In this document: positions 12,727-22,471 of the stretch, piece by piece
How positions within the stretch are numbered: the first letter of the stretch is position 1
Layout: the number at the start of each line of letters is the position of its first letter
From: Escherichia phage AV109
Length of the DNA stretch: 64,000 nucleotides
Strand: one strand, 5' to 3'
Sequence record: OR352939.1
The notes under the pieces: model-generated
What the model was told of the DNA's origin: nothing
The model's database searches: none
The model's input: only the letters and a program-made list of their open reading frames with translations
Position numbers and translations under genes: made by a program

Positions 12727-13725
12727 TTATGATACTAATTCAATCCATGCAGGACGCAGAACATCTTGCACCATTCGGACTAATTCTTTCTTAACAAGAT
12801 TCGGATTATCAGATGATGTTAATACAATACCTTCACGAGAAGTTTCTTCCAGAATATCTTGAACAGTCAATCCCATCACTTTGCCAAAATCTTTTGGCGT
12901 TACAGTCCCAATCTTAGAAATCACATTATTAACACGATTTAATGTAACATAACAAGCTAGAACATCAAGCAAGTTTTTATCAATTTCGGTTAATGGAACC
13001 TGAGTTTTAATAGGCTTATCAGACTTTTTCTTTTCACTGAATTTAGAGTTCTTGCACTTAATAGCTACACGAGTACCGTTTGGCAGCCATTTAGGGAAAC
13101 AAGGCTTCAGAACATAACCTTCTGCCGTATTATCGCCAATAACATTAGCATCAAATACACAATTATTTGCTTCTACAAGGTCTTCTGACGCAGTAGCATT
13201 ATAAGCGGCTAAGACAGAATCAAGGTCATTTGGAATCATGATAAGAGCATCAAATGTGCCACGACCAAGCATTGGTGCCATTTTAAAACCGAATTCATTA
13301 CAGAAATCTTGCATTTCGTAATCGGTCAAATATGTATTATCACCACTTTCTGTATTGATAAGGATATCGAACACATAAAAATCTTTTTCACCGTAGTCAA
13401 CACCTTTCTGGATTCCACCACCAGCGAATTCACCGAATACTTGATATGATACTGCTCGATCTGCGTGCATTAATTCCTGAACGGCTTTAATAGCTTTATC
13501 ATACTTCTTGAGTACGATTTCATAGCCGTAAAAATCTTCTGCTGGAAGAATAGGGCCTGTGCGCTTGGCGCATGTGACGTTGTCACGTTCAATTATTAAC
13601 GAGAAGTTAGTCCCATGGATTTTCTCACGTGCTACCCAAACACCAGTAGTCAAACCATTAGTGTAGAGTTTTTCAATAAACTTAGAGTTGTAGTGGTTTT
13701 CAAGACTGCTGTATTTCTTAAACAT
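12727..13725 (-). CDS. rnlB: RNA ligase 2 (T4 Rnl2-like)
   Basis: 332 aa; N-terminus and KxHGxN nucleotidyltransferase motif (EKIHGTNFS) match recalled T4 Rnl2. Confidence 0.93.
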   Translation of the reverse strand: MFKKYSSLENHYNSKFIEKLYTNGLTTGVWVAREKIHGTNFSLIIERDNVTCAKRTGPILPAEDFYGYEIVLKKYDKAIKAVQELMHADRAVSYQVFGEFAGGGIQKGVDYGEKDFYVFDILINTESGDNTYLTDYEMQDFCNEFGFKMAPMLGRGTFDALIMIPNDLDSVLAAYNATASEDLVEANNCVFDANVIGDNTAEGYVLKPCFPKWLPNGTRVAIKCKNSKFSEKKKSDKPIKTQVPLTEIDKNLLDVLACYVTLNRVNNVISKIGTVTPKDFGKVMGLTVQDILEETSREGIVLTSSDNPNLVKKELVRMVQDVLRPAWIELVS

Positions 13726-13844
13726 AAATCACCATTATAAATAATAATATCAAAATAATTAGCAGAGACTCTATCTCCGACCCGATGTTTAATTTGAATG
13801 GATAGAACCTAGATTCATTATACCATCAAAAAATGTAAAGCATA

Positions 13845-14096
13845 TTAGAACTTGATTTCTATCCAATGTCCGTCACGTTGGTCATGATTAATTTTGTACT
13901 GAAAGCCATTATCACGTAACCACTGCCCGACTTGCTCGGTGATAGTTAAATCATTCTTTGATGGATAGTACGTGAATTGTGTCTGACCTTTGTCAGCGGC
14001 TTTCTCTGCCATCACAGAGAAGTTAGCAATAAAATCTTTCAACAAATTGGCTTTAGTGGCCAGAGCCCTTTCTCTTAATTCCTGTGCAAAACTCAT
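13845..14096 (-). CDS. hypothetical protein (T4 24.2-like position)
   Basis: 83-aa ORF, ATG start, overlaps next gene by 4 nt. Confidence 0.55.
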   Translation of the reverse strand: MSFAQELRERALATKANLLKDFIANFSVMAEKAADKGQTQFTYYPSKNDLTITEQVGQWLRDNGFQYKINHDQRDGHWIEIKF

Positions 14097-14299
14097 TTCT
14101 TCACCTTTTTATTAATCAGACGTTTACGGTATACAACTTTTTCTTTTGCTTTAAACTTTGACCGAGCTGTCTCGGCTTTAGTCCATAGTAATCCAACTTC
14201 TTTAGGTTGTAAACCGATTTTTTGAGCAATTTCTACGAATGAAAATCCCACCTCATGTAATGTATAAACTTCAACTTCAGCTCTCATAATCAATCCCAT
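14093..14299 (-). CDS. hypothetical protein (T4 24.3-like position)
   Basis: 68-aa ORF, basic C-terminus. Confidence 0.55.
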   Translation of the reverse strand: MGLIMRAEVEVYTLHEVGFSFVEIAQKIGLQPKEVGLLWTKAETARSKFKAKEKVVYRKRLINKKVKK

Positions 14300-14366
14300 A
14301 TTATTTGGTTTGTGCCATTATACACATCAATCTCAAGTTGTGTTTTGTATGCTTTAAAAACGAAGA

Positions 14367-14384
14367 AAGGGGCCGAAGCCCCTT
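14367..14384 (-). terminator. stem-loop/terminator after hoc (UUCG loop in mRNA)
   Basis: 7-bp stem AAGGGGC/GCCCCTT with CGAA on plus strand, just downstream of the hoc stop. Confidence 0.5.
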
Positions 14385-14388
14385 ACGA

Positions 14389-15519
14389 TTATGGATATGT
14401 ATAGATGATACCAGTTTCCAAAGCAGTTTTATGGATGACGTATCCATTACGTGATTCTTGAACATCAACTTCTGGATAGTCTTTCATCATCTTCTGAAGA
14501 GTGTAACGATGCAGGTAGTATTTACTATCTGGATCGTCAATTTTCCAATCTTTACCTTCTTCAGTCATTTTTTGTATTTCATCCATAACCCACCAACCGC
14601 ACCAGATGTAAGCTGAAGTACGATGTGGAAGAGGATGAACATAAGGTAATTCACCTTCTGGTTCCGGAGCAACTTTATCAGTCACTTGAACTTGACCTTC
14701 TGCTGTAATAGTTTTGCTATCATAGTCATCTGCAGTAACGACGGCAGTCACTTCAATAGTTTGACTTCCAACAGATGAAGTATCAACAGTATATACATTA
14801 GTTGATCCTTCTACTGGAGAAGAATCTTTCTTCCATGAATAAGTAATTTGTGCCGGTTCCGGTGCACCAGTAACATTAGCTGTAAATGTAGCCGAAGCAT
14901 CTTGTTGAACATTAATAGAAGGAGGAGTCAATGTAACCAGTGGATTCATTGTCTTCTTATTAACCGTTAATGATACTTCATTCGAAGTAACTTCCTTTGC
15001 ATCATAATCTGTCGCAGTTACTTGGGCTACACATTTAATTCTTTTTACTCCACTTGTAGTTGGAGTATAGCTAAATGTAGAGTTAGTTTCTCCACCAACC
15101 TGTGAATCATCTACATACCACTGATACGTAGCAGACGCTCCAACCGGTTGAGAAGCTAAGGCGGCAGTAAATTGAACTGTGGTTCCAATTACTCCGGCTG
15201 AAGGACTATTGGGAGTTACTGCCAACGTAGTCGTTTGTGTCTTGTTTTGAACTGTGATAGTTGTAGAAGCTTCTGCTGTTTCAGCTTCAGCTTCTGGAAC
15301 TGTATTTGTTGCAACTACTTTAATAGTCTTTTGACCGGCAGGTCCTTTTAGTACATAACTAAAAGTTGCTTCAGCTCCATCTTGCGGAACATCATCTACA
15401 GTCCAAGCATATGTAATAGTTCCGCCTCCAGTTTCACCACCAGGTGTAGCAGTAAACTGCTGAGTCTGATCTATAACTCCAGTAGGTGTTTTAGGAGTTA
15501 TATCAACTGTAAAAGCCAT
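14389..15519 (-). CDS. hoc: head outer capsid decoration protein Hoc-like (Ig-like repeats)
   Basis: 376 aa, Thr/Val-rich repeated beta-type segments, size and position match T4 Hoc. Confidence 0.8.
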   Translation of the reverse strand: MAFTVDITPKTPTGVIDQTQQFTATPGGETGGGTITYAWTVDDVPQDGAEATFSYVLKGPAGQKTIKVVATNTVPEAEAETAEASTTITVQNKTQTTTLAVTPNSPSAGVIGTTVQFTAALASQPVGASATYQWYVDDSQVGGETNSTFSYTPTTSGVKRIKCVAQVTATDYDAKEVTSNEVSLTVNKKTMNPLVTLTPPSINVQQDASATFTANVTGAPEPAQITYSWKKDSSPVEGSTNVYTVDTSSVGSQTIEVTAVVTADDYDSKTITAEGQVQVTDKVAPEPEGELPYVHPLPHRTSAYIWCGWWVMDEIQKMTEEGKDWKIDDPDSKYYLHRYTLQKMMKDYPEVDVQESRNGYVIHKTALETGIIYTYP

Positions 15520-15528
15520 AAGTTATCC

Positions 15529-16197
15529 TTATTTTAATGTTACGAAAGAAGAATTACGAGTTTCACGAATTAGAACTGATCCATCGCGATTAATATAATA
15601 AATTAAGCTAAATAATGTTTGGTGAGCAGAAGCGTGCACAAAACTGGTTGGGCGAGATTTCCAATCTGGAGTTTCGGCTATCCATTGATAAATCCACCAA
15701 GGAACAGTAACATATCCCGGGCCTTTGCCTAATTTAATGAGTGTAGGACTAAAATTTTCAGGCAGAACAAATTTTACTTCTTTATTTACCTCTGACTCAG
15801 GCTCTTTTTCAGATTCAACAATCTGAGTAATTGCTTCTTCGAATTTATCGTGGTCGAATTCTTTTTCTTGTTCGACAACTTCTAATACTTCAGCTTGTTC
15901 TGTTGGAGAATCAAACAACAGAATAGCTTCTTCTTTAACTTCTTCGTTGGTGAAATTAACACCGTCCACATCATCTGCGGCAGTAATTAAATCGGTGATA
16001 GATAATCCATCAGTTTCAGGTAATGGTTCATCAGCCAGTGCGTTAAGAGCTTCTTCGATATCAATAACAATATTATCGAATGATTTTGTTTTCTTAACAC
16101 TAATGCCAAATTGTTCCGCATATTCAAACAGTTTAGCTTTGGCTTCCTTTTTATCAGAAAGAGCACGTAACTCTTCAATATAGTCTTTATCGATCAT
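15529..16197 (-). CDS. inh: prohead protease inhibitor Inh-like
   Basis: 222 aa acidic protein between hoc and uvsW, as T4 inh. Confidence 0.65.
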   Translation of the reverse strand: MIDKDYIEELRALSDKKEAKAKLFEYAEQFGISVKKTKSFDNIVIDIEEALNALADEPLPETDGLSITDLITAADDVDGVNFTNEEVKEEAILLFDSPTEQAEVLEVVEQEKEFDHDKFEEAITQIVESEKEPESEVNKEVKFVLPENFSPTLIKLGKGPGYVTVPWWIYQWIAETPDWKSRPTSFVHASAHQTLFSLIYYINRDGSVLIRETRNSSFVTLK

Positions 16198-16210
16198 GGT
16201 ATTTCCTCAT

Positions 16211-16218
16211 TATAAATA
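16211..16218 (+). promoter_or_regulatory. T4-type late promoter TATAAATA for uvsW
   Basis: exact TATAAATA 30 nt upstream of the uvsW ATG. Confidence 0.65.
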
Positions 16219-16247
16219 TAACTATATTTATTACATGGTAATTTGAC

Positions 16248-17762
16248 ATGACTGACATTAAAGTACATTTTCATGATTTTAGTCACGTGCGCATTGAATG
16301 CGACGAAAGTACGTTTTACGAACTTCGTGACTTTTTTAGCTTTGAAGCCGATGGGTACAAATTCAACCCGCGTTACAAATATGGGAACTGGGATGGTAGA
16401 ATTCGTCTTTTAGATTACAACCGTTTGTTACCATATGGACTTGTAGGACAAATAAAAAAGTTCTGTAGCAATATGAGTTATTCTGTATGGATTGACCCTA
16501 AAATCTTTGAGACCGAAGACCTTACCAGAGAAGATTTTGACGCATGGCTTTCTAAACAAGAAATTTATTCGGGCAACGCCAAAATCGAACCACATTGGTA
16601 TCAAAAAGATGCAGTGTATGAAGGACTAGTTAATCGTCGTCGAATTTTAAACCTTCCGACATCAGCAGGTAAATCACTAATCCAAGCACTTTTAGCTCGA
16701 TATTATCTAGAGAACTATGAAGGTAAAATTCTCATTATCGTCCCTACAACAGCATTGACAACCCAGATGGCTAATGATTTTGTTGATTATCGCTTGTTTA
16801 GTCATTCGATGATTAAGAAAATTGGCGGTGGTGCTGATAAAGCAGACAAATCTAAAAACGACGCTCCAATTATTGTTGGCACATGGCAAACGGTAGTTAA
16901 GCAGCCTAAAGAATGGTTCTCTCAGTTCGGTATGATGATGAACGATGAATGCCACTTAGCAACAGGCAAAAGTATTTCTTCAATCATCGCAGGATTAAAT
17001 AATTGTATGTTTAAATTCGGTTTATCTGGCTCATTAAGAGACGGAAAAGCCAATGTAATGCAGTATGTAGGCATGTTCGGCGAAATCTTCCGTCCTGTTA
17101 GCACGTCTAAATTAATGGAAGATGGACAGGTAACTGAGCTTAAGATTAATAGTATTTTCCTTCGTTATCCGGACGAATTCACCGTTAAATTAAAAGGTAA
17201 AACATACCAAGAAGAAGTTAAAATTATTACCGGACTAAAACGTCGTACAAAGTGGATTGCTCAACTTTCGGTCAAATTGGCTAAGAAAGACGAGAACGCC
17301 TTTGTAATGTTTAAACACGTTACACACGGTAAAGAAATATTTGAAGCTATTAAAGAGCTTGGATACGAAAAAGTTTATTACGTATCAGGTGAAGTTGATA
17401 CTGAAACACGTAACGCGCTTAAAGTCATGGCAGAAAATGGTAAAGGCATTATTATTGTCGCATCATATGGAGTATTCTCTACTGGTATTTCAGTCAAGAA
17501 TCTTCATCATGTTATTTTTGCTCATGGTGTTAAATCAAAAATTATCGTACTTCAAACCGTAGGTCGTGTGCTTCGCAAGCATGGTTCTAAAGCTGTTGCT
17601 ACAGTTTGGGATCTCATCGACGATGCAGGTGTAAAACCTAAATCATTAAATACTAAAAAGAAGTATACTCATCTTAATTACTTGTTAAAACACGGTATTG
17701 ATCGTATCCAACGTTACGCTGATGAGAAATTTAACTATGTAATGAAAACAATTAATTTATAA
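16248..17762 (+). CDS. uvsW: UvsW SF2 DNA helicase
   Basis: 504 aa; Walker A-like PTSAGKS and DECH box; matches T4 UvsW in size and position. Confidence 0.93.
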   Translation: MTDIKVHFHDFSHVRIECDESTFYELRDFFSFEADGYKFNPRYKYGNWDGRIRLLDYNRLLPYGLVGQIKKFCSNMSYSVWIDPKIFETEDLTREDFDAWLSKQEIYSGNAKIEPHWYQKDAVYEGLVNRRRILNLPTSAGKSLIQALLARYYLENYEGKILIIVPTTALTTQMANDFVDYRLFSHSMIKKIGGGADKADKSKNDAPIIVGTWQTVVKQPKEWFSQFGMMMNDECHLATGKSISSIIAGLNNCMFKFGLSGSLRDGKANVMQYVGMFGEIFRPVSTSKLMEDGQVTELKINSIFLRYPDEFTVKLKGKTYQEEVKIITGLKRRTKWIAQLSVKLAKKDENAFVMFKHVTHGKEIFEAIKELGYEKVYYVSGEVDTETRNALKVMAENGKGIIIVASYGVFSTGISVKNLHHVIFAHGVKSKIIVLQTVGRVLRKHGSKAVATVWDLIDDAGVKPKSLNTKKKYTHLNYLLKHGIDRIQRYADEKFNYVMKTINL

Positions 17763-17776
17763 GGGCTTCGGCCCTT
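17761..17776 (+). terminator. UUCG-loop stem-loop between uvsW and uvsW.1
   Basis: AAGGGC-TTCG-GCCCTT inverted repeat; no T-tract, so probably an RNA structure rather than a terminator. Confidence 0.35.
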
Positions 17777-17787
17777 AGGAGATAAAA

Positions 17788-18021
17788 ATGGTACTTGAAT
17801 TTAAACAATTTTTATACGAAGCATCTATTGACGAATTTATGGGTAAAATTGCTAGTTGTCATACCCTAGAAGGGCTTGAAGAATTGGAAGCTTATTATAA
17901 GAAACGTATAAAAGAAACGGAATTAAAAGATACAGATGATATTTCTGTCAGGGATGCCTTAGCAGGTAAGCGTGCCGAACTTGAAGGCGACGATGATGAG
18001 GATGTGGAAGAAGACTTCTAA
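17788..18021 (+). CDS. uvsW.1: UvsW.1-like small acidic protein
   Basis: 77-aa ORF directly after uvsW, as in T4. Confidence 0.75.
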   Translation: MVLEFKQFLYEASIDEFMGKIASCHTLEGLEELEAYYKKRIKETELKDTDDISVRDALAGKRAELEGDDDEDVEEDF

Positions 18022-18030
18022 TTAAAAAAA

Positions 18031-18053
18031 GGCCCGACCTTTTTGGAAGGGCC
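18031..18053 (-). terminator. rho-independent terminator for the minus-strand small gene
   Basis: GGCCC...GGGCC hairpin followed on the minus strand by U7. Confidence 0.55.
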
Positions 18054-18079
18054 AAAAACCATAGGCAAAAAAGGTAACA

Positions 18080-18247
18080 CTATAGTAAAAGTTGGGTTTC
18101 GTTCAATTGCTCTTCTGAACTTTCTGAAACCGGCAATTGTTGGACATAATTATAACAAGGACCAGGATGTGCTGGACCTTTGTCTGTTTCAACAACCAAT
18201 GCAGAATCGATTGGAGTTTTACAGACAACACAAATCTTATCTGACAT
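18080..18247 (-). CDS. small protein (55 aa) with CxxC pair; uvsY.-1-like position
   Basis: ATG preceded by AGGAGG at 5-nt spacing; below the 60-aa cutoff of the ORF track; AT-rich third codon positions. Confidence 0.55.
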   Translation of the reverse strand: MSDKICVVCKTPIDSALVVETDKGPAHPGPCYNYVQQLPVSESSEEQLNETQLLL

Positions 18248-18279
18248 GATTGCCTCCTAAGTTGAAATTACATATCTAT

Positions 18280-18504
18280 TTATACAACTCTCATATGCAT
18301 ATCAATGCCCATATCTTTAGAATAAAAATATTCATCAAGATATCCGGCAAATTTTCCTTTAATATAAAGGACGTCTTCGCCACAAGGATGGTCTGCCAGG
18401 ATACGAATATCCTGACGACGTAGACGATACTTTTCCATTAAGAATTTAATTTCAGTTTCAAATTCTTCGTCATTATTAAAGGCATCTTCAATTGAATAAC
18501 GCAT
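18280..18504 (-). CDS. hypothetical protein (uvsY.-2-like position)
   Basis: 74-aa ORF overlapping the uvsY stop by 1 nt. Confidence 0.6.
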   Translation of the reverse strand: MRYSIEDAFNNDEEFETEIKFLMEKYRLRRQDIRILADHPCGEDVLYIKGKFAGYLDEYFYSKDMGIDMHMRVV

Positions 18505-18917
18505 TATTGCCCCGCTTCAAATTCTCGCATATCCTGGATATGTTTAAGTGCAAAACTACGAGACTTAACTGCGTCAAGTGCACCACTACAGAACTCAAGT
18601 AAAATTCCCCAGTATTGTAAAGTAGTCTCTATTTTAAGCACATCTTTATCTGCAGCCAGGACAGTTTTCATTTCAGATTTCTCGTATCGGTCCATACTGA
18701 ATTCATCACCGTCACCTCGTCCCGAGTAGTAGTCTAATCTTGCTTTTAGAGCAGTTTTCTTCTGAGTCTCTATACGCAACATTTCTTTACGAATAAATGA
18801 GTGCTTACGTAGCCATTTGCTGTATAACTTAACATTATTCGCCGTCTCATATTGCAACTTTGTCATATCAATAGCTAAGTCTGCGTCTAACTCTTCCTGT
18901 AAATCTTCCAGCTTCAT
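18504..18917 (-). CDS. uvsY: recombination mediator UvsY
   Basis: 137 aa, identical length and position to T4 UvsY; middle promoter upstream. Confidence 0.88.
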   Translation of the reverse strand: MKLEDLQEELDADLAIDMTKLQYETANNVKLYSKWLRKHSFIRKEMLRIETQKKTALKARLDYYSGRGDGDEFSMDRYEKSEMKTVLAADKDVLKIETTLQYWGILLEFCSGALDAVKSRSFALKHIQDMREFEAGQ

Positions 18918-18971
18918 AATATTCTCTCTTTAACTAATAATCTCCCGGCTGTATCGGAAGGACCTAAAACC

Positions 18972-18996
18972 ATTATACATAGGTCGCCTTGAAGCA
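18972..18996 (-). promoter_or_regulatory. MotA-dependent middle promoter for uvsY
   Basis: minus-strand TGCTTCA (MotA box) followed after 12 nt by TATAAT. Confidence 0.5.
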
Positions 18997-19395
18997 TTAC
19001 ACTCTATTGCTTGACGCTAACTGAAGTTTAATTTGTTCAATATCGTCAGGGTTGTCTACGACCGAAAATCTAATCTCTACTATAACCGTATAGTCATCAT
19101 ATACTGGCGTTACACTTACAGAAAGTTTGTCGATGCGTGGCTCATAGTTACGAACAGCTGCCTGGATATTACGCTCAATCGTATCGGCTGTAAGTGGTGT
19201 CATGTTCTCGAAAAGTTCATCAACCAAATCGCAACCAAATTCAGGGTCGAAGGGGCGTGAGCCTTTTCTAGTTGTCACTATGCCAAGAAGACTATTTTTA
19301 ATAGAACGAAGTCCTACAGAACGAGCAACGTCCTTGTTCCAATCCATACGCATTTCTGGGTCGATATCTGAATAAAGTTTATTGATATTAGACAT
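18997..19395 (-). CDS. 25: baseplate wedge protein (T4 gp25-like)
   Basis: 132 aa, same length as T4 gp25, overlaps gene 26 stop. Confidence 0.88.
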   Translation of the reverse strand: MSNINKLYSDIDPEMRMDWNKDVARSVGLRSIKNSLLGIVTTRKGSRPFDPEFGCDLVDELFENMTPLTADTIERNIQAAVRNYEPRIDKLSVSVTPVYDDYTVIVEIRFSVVDNPDDIEQIKLQLASSNRV

Positions 19396-20021
19396 TATAG
19401 TAACTCAAAGAATTCTTTGAGGCCTCGTATTGTGTGAACGTGTGACGCCCCACATTTGGGACATTTAATAGGGGTTGCCAGATAAATTGATGGCGACACC
19501 AAAAGATTTTTAATATTGATCATATCATCTTCTGTTATAAGGCCGTAAAGGTCGTTTATTTCTGCTTCAGTTAAATCTTCAACAGGGATGGACTCTCCAT
19601 TGACAAAAACGGCCTCAATACATGAAGCAATCATTAATGCGATATTTTTATCGTCAAATAATTTAGGTTGACGGAACTTAATTTTAATACCACTAAACGA
19701 ATACCAGGGATCGGCCTGTTCATCTAATTGAGTGTGCAATAAATTCATATAGACTTGAAATGAATGCCCACAGGAACAATTCCAGGTGTGTTCTTGATTC
19801 ACTTCACCTAATGAATGTGCCCACAGATTTACCAACAATAACTCGGCTTCTTGTTTAGTCAAGTTTTTAGCATTAGAGCAATTAGTGATAATATTGTTCA
19901 CTGCGGATTCAATAGTACCGGTAGCCCGCGCACCTATGAGTCCTAAATATTCTTTTAAAGTAAAGGCTCTACAATTCACTTCTTTATCGCCTAAACGTAC
20001 TGTAAACGTATATTTGTACAT
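19395..20021 (-). CDS. 26: baseplate hub protein (T4 gp26-like)
   Basis: 208 aa, same length as T4 gp26, divergent from gene 51. Confidence 0.88.
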   Translation of the reverse strand: MYKYTFTVRLGDKEVNCRAFTLKEYLGLIGARATGTIESAVNNIITNCSNAKNLTKQEAELLLVNLWAHSLGEVNQEHTWNCSCGHSFQVYMNLLHTQLDEQADPWYSFSGIKIKFRQPKLFDDKNIALMIASCIEAVFVNGESIPVEDLTEAEINDLYGLITEDDMINIKNLLVSPSIYLATPIKCPKCGASHVHTIRGLKEFFELL

Positions 20022-20039
20022 GTTAACTCCTTTATTGTG

Positions 20040-20047
20040 TATTTATA
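20040..20047 (-). promoter_or_regulatory. T4-type late promoter (TATAAATA on minus strand) for gene 26
   Basis: plus-strand TATTTATA 19 nt upstream of the gene 26 start; overlaps the gene 51 promoter. Confidence 0.65.
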
Positions 20048-20051
20048 AATA
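20044..20051 (+). promoter_or_regulatory. T4-type late promoter TATAAATA for gene 51
   Basis: exact TATAAATA 18 nt upstream of the gene 51 ATG. Confidence 0.65.
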
Positions 20052-20068
20052 ATAGAAAAGGAGTAATT

Positions 20069-20821
20069 ATGGCTAATATAATTCGTTGTAAATTACCGGA
20101 TGGTGTTCATCGTTTCAAGCCGTTCACCGTAGCGGATTATAGAGACTTTTTACTAGTTAGAAATGATATCGAACATCGTTCGCCACAAGAACAAAAAGAA
20201 ATAATTGCCGATCTGATTGATGATTATTTTGGCGAGTATCCTAAAACATGGCAACCATTTATATTCCTGCAAGTTTTTGCAGGCTCTATAGGCAAAACAA
20301 AAGTTCCCGTTATTTTCACTTGCCCTAAATGCTCTAAAGAAAAAACTGCACCATTTGAGATATATCAAAAAGAACTAGTCGAACCTGAACTTGATGTTGC
20401 TGGTATAAAAATACGTTTTTCTTTCCCTGAAAAGTTTTATGACAACAAGGCATTAATGATAAGTGAAAACATAAAAGAAATATATTATAATGATGAATGG
20501 TACCCATGGAATGATTTGACTGAAGAGAACCAAATCCAAGTAATAGAAGCAATAGACATTGACTCGCTCGAGAAGGTTATTGCTTCTATGAATCCTATTA
20601 ATTTGACCCTTAGATTAGGTTGTTGTGAACGACATGTTAAAACATATACTGATATCTTAGAGGTTTTTAAATTGTTAGTTAACCCTGATGAGATTTTTAC
20701 ATTCTATCAGATAAACCATTCACTAGTAAAGAGCCAATACACATTGGATTCTATTATGCAAATGATTCCTGTTGAACGTGGTATTGCTTTAACATTAGTA
20801 GAAAAGGACCATAAAAAATGA
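20069..20821 (+). CDS. 51: baseplate hub assembly protein (T4 gp51-like)
   Basis: 250 aa, position and size as T4 gp51. Confidence 0.88.
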   Translation: MANIIRCKLPDGVHRFKPFTVADYRDFLLVRNDIEHRSPQEQKEIIADLIDDYFGEYPKTWQPFIFLQVFAGSIGKTKVPVIFTCPKCSKEKTAPFEIYQKELVEPELDVAGIKIRFSFPEKFYDNKALMISENIKEIYYNDEWYPWNDLTEENQIQVIEAIDIDSLEKVIASMNPINLTLRLGCCERHVKTYTDILEVFKLLVNPDEIFTFYQINHSLVKSQYTLDSIMQMIPVERGIALTLVEKDHKK

Positions 20822-21990
20822 AAGTATTCCAACGTCCAGGATATCCTAACTTAAGCGTTAAATTATACCAAGATTATTCGGCTTGGCAAGAAAATAGATA
20901 CGTTGAACTCGCGGCAACAATAACAACTTTAACCATGCGAGATTCGCTATATGGAAGAAATGAAGGGATTCTTCAATTTTATGACACTAAAAACATCCAC
21001 ACTAAAATGGACGGTAGACAGATAGTTCAAATCTCTGTTTCAAATTCAAACACACCTCTCCAAGTTAGAACTCGAATTTATGGATGTAGACATTATTCTG
21101 TGTCTGTGGACTCAAAAGGTGACAATATTATTGCAATTGAGCTTGGAACAATACATTCTATAGAGAACCTTAAATTTGGGCGTCCATTCTTCCCGGACGC
21201 AGGCGAATCTATACGTGAAATGTTAGGTGTCATATACAAAGACCGTGCGTTAATTACTCCGCCAATAAACACTATTAATGCTTATGTTCCTGATATCCCT
21301 TGGACAAGCACATTTGATGATTATTTGGCATATGTCAGAGAATTAGGACTTGCTACAGCGAGTGATAAGTTCGTATTCGTATGGCAAGATATTTTAGGCG
21401 TAAACATGATTGACTACGATACTCTTATTGGTCAGGAAGGCATTAAGATGGTTGTAGGTGAGCCAAATACTGTAGGTCAGTATATTCAAGAGCTTGAGTA
21501 TCCATTAGTATGGGATTTCACCTGGATGACTAAAGCTAACCAATTTACAAGAGACCCTATTAAAAACGCCACGATATTCGCTCATTCATTTTTAGATACA
21601 TCTATTCCGGTTATTGTTACAGGCGATGGTGATAATGCTATTCTTGTGTCAAGATCCGGTGGATATTCCGAAATGACCTATCGTAATGGATTTGAAGAAG
21701 CAAGTCGTCTTCAGACAATGGCTCAATATGACGGATATGCTAAATGCACTACTACAGGCAATTTTAACATAACGCCTGCTACTAAAATTATATTTGTTGA
21801 CCAAAAGAACCAATTCAAATCCGAATTTTACGTAGATGAAGTTATTCATGAGTTATCAAATAACAACTCACAAACTCATCTGTACATGTTTACCAACTCA
21901 ATGGTGTTAGAACCTGTTAACCCAGTTAAGGTTAAAAATGAACTTAAATCTGATTCTACCTCTAAAGAAAATAATTCTACCACAGTCTAA
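20818..21990 (+). CDS. 27: baseplate hub protein (T4 gp27-like)
   Basis: 390 aa, overlapping ATGA junction with gene 51. Confidence 0.92.
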   Translation: MKVFQRPGYPNLSVKLYQDYSAWQENRYVELAATITTLTMRDSLYGRNEGILQFYDTKNIHTKMDGRQIVQISVSNSNTPLQVRTRIYGCRHYSVSVDSKGDNIIAIELGTIHSIENLKFGRPFFPDAGESIREMLGVIYKDRALITPPINTINAYVPDIPWTSTFDDYLAYVRELGLATASDKFVFVWQDILGVNMIDYDTLIGQEGIKMVVGEPNTVGQYIQELEYPLVWDFTWMTKANQFTRDPIKNATIFAHSFLDTSIPVIVTGDGDNAILVSRSGGYSEMTYRNGFEEASRLQTMAQYDGYAKCTTTGNFNITPATKIIFVDQKNQFKSEFYVDEVIHELSNNNSQTHLYMFTNSMVLEPVNPVKVKNELKSDSTSKENNSTTV

Positions 21991-22471
21991 TAAAAAGGTA
22001 ATGATTCCTAAATTAGGGCTCAAACATTATAATCTTTTAAAGGACGTTAAAGGTCCTGATGAAAACATGAAAATCTTAGCTGATTCTATTTGTAAAAATA
22101 TGAGTCCCGCAGATTTTGATTTTGCATGTCTACACATATTGGAATTTAATAACAAACTTAAGTCTGAAGTTGAAAAAGATGGATTCACTTATAAACTAGA
22201 TGACGTCTATGTATGCCAACGAACAGAATTCCAATTCCAAGGTAATACTTTTTATTTTAGACCACCAGGCAAATTTGAACAATTCGCTACAATCAGTGAA
22301 ATGCTATCAAATTGCTTAATAAAAGTTAATGACGAAGAGAAAGAAATTTCTTTCCTTGAGATGCCTGCTTTTGTAATCAAATGGGCAGAAGACCTTTCGA
22401 CAACTATTGCTATTCCAGGCCCTAATGGTCCTATTAAGGGTATAGCAGAAATTATTGGATTGCTTGAATGA
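21938..22471 (+). CDS. 28: baseplate hub distal subunit (T4 gp28-like)
   Basis: 177 aa, same length as T4 gp28. Confidence 0.88.
   Translation: MNLNLILPLKKIILPQSNKKVMIPKLGLKHYNLLKDVKGPDENMKILADSICKNMSPADFDFACLHILEFNNKLKSEVEKDGFTYKLDDVYVCQRTEFQFQGNTFYFRPPGKFEQFATISEMLSNCLIKVNDEEKEISFLEMPAFVIKWAEDLSTTIAIPGPNGPIKGIAEIIGLLE

Noticed and set aside
13736-13743. Plus-strand TATAAATA in the rnlB/24.2 intergenic region
   Set aside because: No plus-strand gene downstream (it would make RNA antisense to 24.2/24.3/hoc); an 8-mer of this composition is expected by chance several times in AT-rich DNA, so it is not called a promoter.
18043-18249. 68-aa plus-strand ORF from the track
   Set aside because: No RBS, and it is the exact antisense of a minus-strand small ORF with a strong AGGAGG SD and terminator; treated as a shadow ORF.
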